64,000 bases of DNA from a virus, in the IMG/VR virus record IMGVR_UViG_3300042888_000580, positions 12,107 through 76,106 of that record. One strand, 5' to 3'. The notes beneath the pieces were generated by a model. The model worked only from the letters and a program-made list of their open reading frames with translations. It had not been told where the DNA came from and searched no databases. Below, in pieces: positions 1 through 12,000 of the stretch. Numbering within the stretch: the stretch's first letter is position 1; each line of letters begins with the position of its first letter. The translations under genes and the position numbers were made by a program.

Positions 1-2
1 AT

Positions 3-3000
3 ATTGTTTCTGTCAATGTAGGTGATATACGTGGTCAATATCAAAGTAGTTTTTATAATAATCCAAATACTACCGGTAATGTATTTGGTGCAAATAATTA
101 CCGTGACTTGGGTAATATGGTTCCATATGGTAATAGAATTATTCAGAATAGTGCAAGTTTAGTATTACCCGGAGCATTCTTACGTAAACAAAATCAGAAT
201 CTGTTCAATGCATTAATGTATAATGGTAGAGAATATATTACTTTCAAAACATTATTAGTTGACACAATTAATACGACAGATTTTACTGAACGGTTATCTC
301 CTGCAACTATGTTAGATAATGCATTAGATGTAATTACTAGCGCAAAAACAGATAGTAATAGTTTCTTTTGGAGCGACATGTTGCCGTCAAAAGCGGCATA
401 CATTACTAACACGTATAGTTTTGCAAACGCATTGGATGTAAGTATATATCCATTAAGTAAAATATATAATTTTGCCACAGCTAATTATAATGGGGTATTG
501 GTTTATTTAACTAATACATTAGGAATAATAACACAATTAATCAATGGAGTTGATTATACAATCAGTAGTGATAGCCCATCGTTAACAGTAACATTGGATT
601 TGGCTCCCGGTGATCAAATTACTATTAAAGAATATAATCAAACATACGGTAGTTATATTCCAAATACTCCTACTAAATTAGGTTTATATCCCTCAACGAT
701 ACCTACAGTTATATTAGATACTGCATATTATCAACCTACATATTTTATTGTAGGGCATGATGGGTCATATAATAAATTATATGGTGATTACATTGACGGA
801 GTATTAATTGATTTCAGAGATCAGGTATTACTTGAATTTGAAAAACGTATATATAACAACTTGAAATTAAGCAATGTTATTCCTATACAAGAATATGAAG
901 TATTGCCTGGTTTCTTTAGAGATACTGATTATAGTTATGATGAAATATTACAGATTTACTCAACTAGTTTCTTAGATTGGGTTGGTCAAAATAGAATTAA
1001 TTATAAAACTCAGTTTTATAGTGCTAATAACGAATTTACATACAATTATAATCAAAGTGGTAATAAAATAAACAGAGAAGTTATTCCTCAAGGATATTGG
1101 AGAGGTGTATATGAATATTTCTATGATACTAGTACGCCGGATACTAGTCCATGGGAAATGCTTGGCTTTACAGATCAACCAACATGGTGGGAAACACGAT
1201 ATGGCCCTTCTCCATACACAAGCGATAACTTAGTATTGTGGAATGATTTAGCACAAGGTATTGATTGGAATAATGGTAATCCAGTTGTCATACCACAAGC
1301 AATTCGTCCTGAATTATTACAAGTATTACCAGTTGACAGTGAAGGTAATATAGTATCACCTTTTGTTTCTATTGTCGGTAACTATAGTAACACATCATTC
1401 AACCGTGATTGGATAGTAGGAGATGTTGGGCCTGCAGAGTTCTCATATCGTAGAAGTAGTTCATGGCCGTTTGATTTAATGCGTATATTAGCATTGACAA
1501 AACCTGCAGAATTCTTTAATTTAGGAGTTGACATTGACAACTATAAATTTAATGAAGAATTTAATCAATATCTAGTTAATGACCGTAGTCATTTAGTTAT
1601 AAGCGATGTAGAGATTTATGGTAATGGCACTGCTAAAACAAGTTATATCAATTGGATTGTTGACTTTGAAAAACAAGTGGGCATTGATGCAACCACTAAC
1701 ATTACTGATTTGCTATACAATGTTGATGTTAGATTAGTATACAGACTTGCTGGCTTTAGTGATAAAAATTTATTAAGATTCTACGTTGAAAAATCAACAG
1801 CTAATAGTAACAATAGTAGTTTATTGATACCTGATGAAAGCTATCAAGTATTGTTATATGATAATCAACCATTTGATAAAATTGTTTATAGTGGTGTGGT
1901 TGTCCAATTAACAAATACTGGTTACAAAGTATATGGTAATAGTCAGACCAATGCGTATTTTAAAATATTAGCACCTAAAATTAATGGTAACTATGAAAGA
2001 GTATCAGTTCAGGGATTAAGTGTACAATTAGCTAGAGACTATTACACTACACCGGAGGTAGTAGCATACGGAACTGAATTTATTACAGTACAACAAGTAT
2101 CACAATTTTTAGAAGGTTATGGAAGATATTTGGCTAGCCAAGGTGTATTGTTTGACCAAATTGAATCTGGCTTGACAGTTAGCTGGAGACAAATGGTAGC
2201 TGAATACTTATATTGGGCTCAATCTGGGTGGGAAGTAGGAAGTATTGTTAATATTAATCCGGCATCTAATTTAATTTCTATTAACAAAGATAGTTATATT
2301 GTACAACCACTAACACTACAAAGACAAAACTTTATATTAAATCAAAACTTATATCCAATACAAAGTACTGACTTAAGCGTAATTCGTGATGGAACATTGT
2401 TTACAGCACAACCATTAAATCAAGGTGATACAGTTGCTTATGGACAATTTAACATTAGTAATTTTGAACATGGTATCGTATTTGATAACGTTACTGTATT
2501 TGATGATGTAATTTATAACTTAATTACAGGTTTACGTCAAAATCGTATCACATTGCGTGGAGCTAAAACAGCCGAGTGGAATGGTACAATTGATGCTCAA
2601 GGCTTTGTCTTGAATCAAGATAATGTACTTGATTGGGATAAAACAGTAAAATATACAACCGGTAGTATTGTTAAGTATAAAAACAAATATTGGATAGCTC
2701 TCACTATTATTCAACCTAAGGAATTATTTGAAGAACGTGAGTGGAAAGAAACTGATTATAACGAAATACAAAAAGGACTATTGCCAAACACAAGTACACG
2801 TTCTTATGAAAGTACAATATACTATGATGTAAATCGTGCTAACTTAGAAAATGATGCCGATCTATTAAGCTTCAGTTTGATTGGATATCGTCCACGTGAT
2901 TATTTGGCACTAGTTGATCTAACTGATATTACACAAATTAACGTTTATAAAAACTTTATTAAGAATAAAGGAACATTAAACGCAGCCAGCGCATTCAAGG

Positions 3001-6000
3001 GCGCTAACTTACCACAAGGTGGTATTAATTATGATATATATGAAAACTGGGCTATTAAATCAGGTGAGTTTGGTGGTGTACTAAACAGCAATTTTATTGA
3101 CTTCAAATTAAATCAAAACTTATTAACCGGTAATCCTAGCATCGTTGGATTAACTAATGGGATAACTACTGCCGGAGTACAACAAGAAGTACCGTTATAT
3201 AGTTTATATAATTATGGACGCCCGGTAACTAGTACAGATGTATTGCCGTTATTACCAACAGATACGCCTTCGACATTATTTCCGTATGCAGGCTATGCTA
3301 ACTTTAATGATATGCGTATTGCGGCATATTACTATTTTAACTTAGCAAACAGTACATCACCTAGAGGTGTACTAACACCTTTATCAGAGTTATATGTAGG
3401 TCAGTATGTTTGGATAGCTGATTATCAAGGTACTTGGCAAGTAATGACACCTGCAAGTTTAGGAGCTGTTGTATTTGCTAAAAATAACTTAAATGGTACT
3501 GCGACAATAACATTTAATAATCCACATGGATTGACAAAATATCAACCATTTGCAATTGTAAACTTTAATGATAGCTTGAATGGTTATTATATAGTTAATA
3601 CTGTAATTGATCTCAATAGTGTTTTAGTCAATGTAACATTGGCACCGTCAATTACTATTGTAACTGGTCAAGGTATTGGATTTAGATTCCAATCACAACG
3701 TGTTGATAATCCTAGTGATATCATTGATTTGCCTTTATTGAATACAGAATTTGTTAAGAATAAAGTTTGGGTAGATACAAATAATGATGGTGATTGGGCT
3801 GTATATCGTAAGAGTATAAATTATACGTATGATTCTGAATTAGTAAAAGATGGATCAGAATCATTTGGTAGTGCAGTTGCATATACCGATACATTAGGTT
3901 ATTTAATTGGTGATGCAGATGCTGGAGTAACATATCGCTATTCTTTTAATGTATTGTTTGATAGATATGATTTGAAGCAAACATTAACCGGTGTTGCATC
4001 GTTTGGTACAACAATTACATATGCCAATGACATATTTGTGGTGTCACAACCTACAGGTACACCTGAAGTTTATGTTTATCAATTAGTAGTTAATACTACT
4101 GTAGATGAATTACAATCATTGCAATCTGCTATATCAGCACCAGGCGGTGTAACTGAGTGGGGTAGAGCTATTGCTATATCTGGAGATACTAATTGGTTAT
4201 ACATATCAGCGGTAACATCCTCTACTAGCCTAGTATATGTTTATCGTTATTCAACTGTCACAGAAGAATATGAACAATCTGCTACTATTGATTTGGGATT
4301 AACTAATGCTGATAACTTTGGATACTCATTGTCAACAGATTACTATGGTGATACTGTTATAATTGGAACACCAGATCAAAATTACGATGGTTCTACTGAA
4401 AATTGGGGTTACACTTATGTATATGATAGAACAGTTCAAAATTTTGAAGCACAATATACAAGTATAACTTATGTACCACAACCGTTTACATTAGCTTGGA
4501 CACCTAGTACAACTTCAATAACTGTTACTGCAAGTGATGCAACGTTAGATCGATTTACATGTGCTAGTAGTTCTAGTCTTGTTATAGGTGACCCAATCAC
4601 ATTTACTGGTACTGTGTTTGGCGGCATAGCACTGAACACTGTTTATTATGTATTAGCTAAACCTTCAGGAACTACTTTTACTATATCTACTACACGTGGC
4701 GGATCAACATTGCAATTAAATAACGGTAGTGGGTCAATGACCGCAACTCAACAAGATACACCATTGTACGTATCAGTTAATGGAACTTTAATTGATGATT
4801 CAACATATTTTAATATAGGTTCTACTATTACTATAGTACAAGGATTAAACGCAGGTGATATAATCACGGTAAGTAGTAATAACTTTGTGTTAGCCCAAAC
4901 CCTCACAACTGAGAACACACCTAGAATTGGCGTACAGTTTGGTACTAGTGTAGATACTAACACATATGCTACTGAAATATTAGTTGGCGCCCCTTTTGAA
5001 TTAAACAGTCAAAATCAAGAAGGTGTTGTATATCGTTATACTAACGGCGGTGGTAAGTACGGTATGATTATAGGTACTACTGCTACTAACATTACAACCA
5101 CTAGAACTATTTTAGTTAATGGTTATATGGTTGTATTAACCGCCGGCAATGCAACAGTAGTTGCTACTGCAATTAATCAAGCAAACATTACAAATCTACA
5201 AGCTACCGCAGTCGATGGCAAATTAATTATTAGTTTATTAGATAATGCGTTAGCGTCACCAAACGATAAGCTTAATGTTACTGTATTAGATACAGCTACA
5301 TGGTCTGAATTAGGATTTAGTACCTATACTCAAACACAAGTAATTACTGATCCTCATGTTCAAGGCACAACTCAATTTGGTAATGTGGTTAAATTTAATG
5401 AATTTAATTCGTTTGTTGTAAGTGCACCAACTGCTACACGATATCAAGCAACAACATTTGATTCTACCGATGATGAAGATTATGATAACGATACATTATT
5501 TGATAATAATACTACACAATGGATAGACACGTATGCAAATGCAGGTGCAGTTTATATGTTTGATTATCTATCGGTTTATAATGAATCATTAATAAATTGT
5601 GGTAATTTTGTATATGCACAAAGTACCAATGATATTAATGAAATATATGGTAGTCAACCAATGTACGGTCATGCAGTAGAATTTAATGCTTCACGTGTAG
5701 TTATTGGCACTCCAAACTTTAAGCCAGACACTGTTGCAGGACAGATTATAACATATTTCAATTCTATTGGAGCTCCTGATTGGAGCGTATATAGAAGTTC
5801 AAGCCCAATAGTTGATATTAATAGAATTCAAAACATACAATTGTATAGTGCAATCACCAACGACACACTAGATAATTTAGATTACATTGATCCGTTGCAA
5901 GGTAAAATATTAGGGTCAGTTAGAGAAAATATTGATGTAGTATCTAATGTTGATCCAGCTGGATATAACAGTCCTAATAATACTCAAGGGTCAATGGTAT

Positions 6001-9000
6001 GGGGCTCATCACAGGTTGGGCAAATATGGTTTAATACAAGCACAACACGATTTGTAAACTATCATCAAAATGATATTGTATATAATAGTAAATGGTGGGG
6101 ACAAATCTTTCCGGGTAGCGATGTAACGGTTTATAGTTGGATAACAAGTAATACTCTTCCGATATCATATGCAGGTCCGGGTACGCCATATAATGTTGAC
6201 ACTTATTCAATTGAATATACCTTAAATGCAACTGGTGTACTAACTCCTGTATACTTCTATTGGGTAAGAAATACTAATATTATATTCACCCTGCGTGGTA
6301 AAACATTAGCAGATAGTATTATTCAATCGTATATTGCATCACCTATTAATTCTGGTATAAGTTATTTTGTTCCTTTAGAACAAGACATATTTGCTTTATA
6401 TAATTGTGCTAATAACATCAATGCCAATGATACAGTATTACATATTGGTTATTCTACTGGAACAAATGATGATGTATCACATAGTTTATACAATTTAATT
6501 CGTACTAATTATGCGGATGATTTCTTACCTGGATTACCTACTACCAATGGAGCTGATGTTCCTGAATCATTATATGATAGGATGTTAGATAGTTTATGCG
6601 GTGTGGATGAATCTGGTGCAGTAGTTCCTGATCCATTCTTACCTAAACCAGTACAATATGGTATATATGCAAGACCAAGACAAAGTTTCTTTGTCGATAG
6701 ATTACTTGCATTGAAAAATTATTTAACATATGCTAATGAAATATTATCACAATACCCTATAAGTGAAACACGTAGGTCATTATTCTTATTCACTGAAGGT
6801 GCAACTAATCCGTCGACAGTAGATAATCCTAATTGGTCAGGTAGTGTATTACCATTTTATGCCACACCTGATTATTGGTATTATATTAATTGGTGGGCAA
6901 CTGGATATGATGATAATACTAAATCAGCATTACAAGTTCCTATATATGCTGACTTAGCAACAATAAATGCCACAGCTGGTTTAATTGTTACTGTTGCGGC
7001 AAACGGAGATGGAAAATCAGAAACATATGTATATACTAATTTAAATACATGGGACCGTATTGGATTACAAGATGGTACGATTGAGTTTAGTAGTAATTTA
7101 TGGGATTATGCTACAGCCAGATTAGGATTTGGAGATAATTTCTTTGATACTACACCATATGATACATATCCATCACAAGAAACACGTAGCATAGTTAGAG
7201 CATTGAATGAAGAAATTTATACCAATGAATTGTTAATCTTCAGAAATAAAAGTTTAATTCTATTATTTGAATTCATTCAAAGTGAAACAATTGAATCACA
7301 AAATTATTTACCATGGTTAAATAAAACATCATTTATGGATGTTGGGCATACTATACGTGAATTATTACCGTTAGAAGTATTTCAATCTGATAATCAAGAC
7401 TTTTTAGCTGGTTATATCAATGAAGTTAAACCGTATCACGTAGTTATTAAAGAGTTCTTATTTAAGTATACTGGTTCTGATTTATACGCAGGAACAATAA
7501 CTGATTTTGATTTGCCCGCACAATATAATACAGATATTCAACAGTTTATTACTCCTGAATTAGTATATTCTAATCCAAGTGGTGCAAATCAATATTTACC
7601 AAGTGATCCTATATGGGAAACTGCTCCGTATAGTGAATGGTTTAATAATTATGGATTAGGTATTACTGGTGTTGATGATTATCAGATAACAGTATTAGCA
7701 TCATATGTTTCATTAAATTCGCCGGCTATGGCAGTGGATAATGCATATGGCTTTCCAATCAATGGAACAATATTAATTGGTGATGAATTAATTGGTTATT
7801 CTAATGTTAATCGTTCTAATAATACACTTAGTGGATTAACTCGAGGTGTGAATGGTACACCAGTAACAGTACATATTCCGGGTGAAATAATTACAATAAA
7901 TTTACCTGCTATATTAGTATTAAACGGTGGTCGTGGTTATGCTGAACCTCCTAGAGTAGTTGCATATATTGATACTACTATATACCCGGAACCAAGACGT
8001 GTGGCAGTATTGCAAGTGGTAATGAATTTAGATTCAATATTGCGTGTAGATGTAATTGATCCGGGAGACGGATATGCAGTATTGCCTGAAATTATAATTG
8101 ACCCATCTGTTTCAGTAACATTTACTTCAGATGATGTTAATTTGTTATCAAATACAATATCATTACCTTCACCATTATTACAGACAGGTGATTTGATAAC
8201 ATACACTATAGGTACAAGTACAACTCCTGTAGGTGGATTAGATGTTGACCAGTACTACTATGTAAATGTCTTAGAATCTACGCCAACATTTGTTGTTGCT
8301 TTATATACTACTTACAGAGATGCTATTAACGATAGTGATCGTGTAATATTATTTGATACTGGTTTGGGTGTTAATAATGTATTAAATGTTAGTGCAAGAG
8401 CAAGTTGTGTATCAACTTCTTTACCAATAAGAGAGAATCAAATAACATTACGTTTTGACAGAACAACATACAATTCAGAATTAACTGATTGGGTTGGCGG
8501 AGCATTTTATGGAAGTTTCTATGCTGGATTGTATAATAATTCAGAAAGAATAGCTAGTTCAAGTATTGGATTACAGTCAACACAACCTGACATTGACACT
8601 ATATTAGCCAGTGCGGCAGGCGCAGTTTTTGAAATTGAAGATGTTACTAACGTTGAAGTTATAATTTGGAGTTCACGTACAAGAATTGTATCAGCCATTA
8701 ATACTAGTACTAATGTAATAACAATAACTGCCTCTGATGGCGGAGCATCACTTATTAATAGTGATTCAATAACTAACCCTACAATAGGTTTTTATATTGG
8801 CATGCCAATTAAATTTATAGGGGCAGTGACCGGTAACATAACAGTAGAAACTACCTATTATATTAAATCGTTAGTTGACGGAAATAAGTTTACACTATCT
8901 GCTTCAATATCAAGTGGAGTGCCCGGGGCAGTATTGTCAATGGCGGGTACAATATTGGGATCAGCTGGCTTAACTGGATACGTAGGTGAAGTTACTAATA

Positions 9001-12000
9001 CAGCGGTTGTTACTATATTCTATCCAGGCATATTAACAGCAACTGCTACTAGTAGTATAACTAATGGAATATCAGTACCGTTAACAGGTAGTGGCTTGGG
9101 CGGAACTACTGGATTCTACACAAATCTACCAGTATTTTTTGTAGGTACTGTATTTGGTGGTGTCATTGAAAATGAGAGATATTATGTTACTACTGTAATA
9201 GACGATGAAACATTTACTATGTCTACAACAGAAGATCCTGTAATGGTTAGTGTTACAAATACTACAGCTAGTACGGATTATATTACGTGTGATGATGCAA
9301 CTGGTTTATCATTCAATGACCCTATTATATTTAATAGCATGAGTGTTAGTGGATCTGCTGTATCAACATTTGGTAATATAGCAGACGGGACCATTTATTA
9401 TGTAAGTGCTATAATTAATGATACTAATTTTCAAATATCTACTGTACCAAATGGTGGAACATTTGGCCTAGCTGATCAGGCTGCGGGTACAGGTACAGGA
9501 TGTACAGGTACAAATCAAAAAGATATAGTACAATTAACAACTGCTACTGGATCAATGACATGCAATGTTGGATTACCGGTTAGCCCGGGACAAGTTACTG
9601 GCCAAGAATTTACATTCTATCCAACATCAGCAACTACTGTATCTTCTCCTGCATTCACTCAAGGAAATTTAATTACCAGAACTATTAAGAATGCATTAGC
9701 TGACGGAGATTATCTATCACTAGAATCTGAAACCGGTGGTACAACTAACATGTATGTAAATATGCCAGTTAGAGTAGCCGCATCATACGGTGGATTAAGT
9801 ACTGGAACAACTTATTATGTTGTAAATATAGGAACAGTAACTACTGAAGTAATTCAAACTACATCAGCAAATGTATTAATTTCTACTGGCACCGCTGGAT
9901 TTTACGTTGATATGCCTATAACCTTTACAGGGTCTACATTGGGCGGAACTATTGAAAACACATTATATTTTGTCAAAACTGTAAATGTTAATGGAACTGA
10001 TTTTACTATCACAGACTCACAGGGTGGCGCAACACTTGCCTTGAGTAACGATACAGGATCAATGACAGTAACCGGTGCACCTTACATCAAGGTATCAGCA
10101 ACTTTGGGAGGTGGTGTCCTTGCATTATCAAATGCATCAACAAGCACAACCTTAACACAATATCCAACATCAAGTCCGTCATTTGATGTAAGTTGGATAT
10201 TAGGTGGGTATAGTGTTGACATTACTGGCGCAGGTGCCGGATATGCAATTAACAATACCTTTACTGTATTAGGAACAGCATTGGGTGGCACAACTCCTAC
10301 AAATAATTTAGTAATGACAGTTAATACTATTGGAACTAATGGACAAGTAACATCATTAATTAATTCAGGTACTCCTCCTGAAATTGTTGAACAATATTAC
10401 TTAAAAGTAATATCAACAACAGAGTGCGAGGTATATAGTGATTCACAATTACAAATACCAGTAACTGGAATAAACTTCCCGTTCACTGCAGGTGATTATG
10501 CATTATTACCAGAACCGTTCTACTTTAATCAAAGTATTGTTAAGTATAATAACAGAGTTTACCAATGTATTATCAGTAACAATGACACAGAGTTTATATT
10601 TGGTAAATGGGAAGAATTGCGTAGTGATAGTAGAAAATTAAACGCACTAGATAGAATTGTAGGTTATTATCAACCAACTATTAATATGCCAGGACTAGAC
10701 TTGACACAACTAGTAGATGGTATTATCTATCCTAATAGTACATACAAAGATAATGCATTCCCTCCTTCAGAAGAATATACATTAGATACTATCTTACAGG
10801 ATCAATTGTTTAGTCCAACTGAAGTAGATGTTACCTCTATATTATGGAACGGTACTACATATTTTGCCCCTGCTAATTCTCCAACATACTCAGATATTAC
10901 TTATAGTACTACTGGTACTACTTGGCTATCTAATAAAGTAGCAGGTCAACCAATAGCATTAACTGATATAGTGTATGCAAACTCAAAATATGTTATGAGT
11001 TCACAAAATAACGTAACTCCTATATTAGTAAGCATTGATGGAATAGTTTGGACTACTGCAGGATTAGAAAGTGGATCAGTTTCAATAGATAACACTAGTC
11101 TAAATAGTGTTGCGTATTTTAATGGTATCTATGTTGCTGTTGGTGATAATATTGTATCTAGTGGTGACGCTTATATATGGTTAGAAAGATATCGTTTCAC
11201 TGATATGGTTTTATACGGAGTATCTGCAATAACTATTAATAATTTTGATGGCTTTATTGCTGTTGGAGTTGGCCCTGATTATAGTGTTATCCCTACAATA
11301 ACACAAAGTGTTATATTAAAAAGTTTAGACGGAATATTATGGACAAATATTACACCATCTGCATCAGCCGAAACATTATATGGTGCATCTAGTGGTAATA
11401 ATACTATTGTAGTTGTTGGAAATAACGGAGCTATCTTTACAAGTATTAACGGCAGTAACTGGAATGATATTAGCACCGGGTCTGCAAACCTAAGAGATAT
11501 TGTATATTCCGATAGTCTTGGACTATTTGTTATCGTTGGCGAAAGTGGATTTATTGGAACATACGACGGTAGCACATTTTCAGTAGAAACATCAGGTACT
11601 ACTGAAAATCTAAATAGCGTAATATGGAATAGTGATTTAAGTGAATTTATTGTTACAGGTAATAATAATGTTATACTTAAAAGTATAAATGGTATTGATT
11701 GGACAATTAGCAACATATTTGTTACTGACCCCACAGTATATGATGTTCAAGGAGATGCATTTACATCAGGATATGGTCCTGAAGAATTAGTACCTGGAGT
11801 AGTAACTGATAATTTAACAATGGTTGTTACTACTCGCCCGGGAACAAATTGGGATGTAGCGACTTATCAACACGTCGGATATAATGTAGTATCTACGACA
11901 CTAACTCCGATTACTAATGGTCAATTAATCTTTAGTTTTGATGGATTAGTTTTAATACCAGCACAGTTATCTGTATTTCAAATTGACGGAACAACTGGAT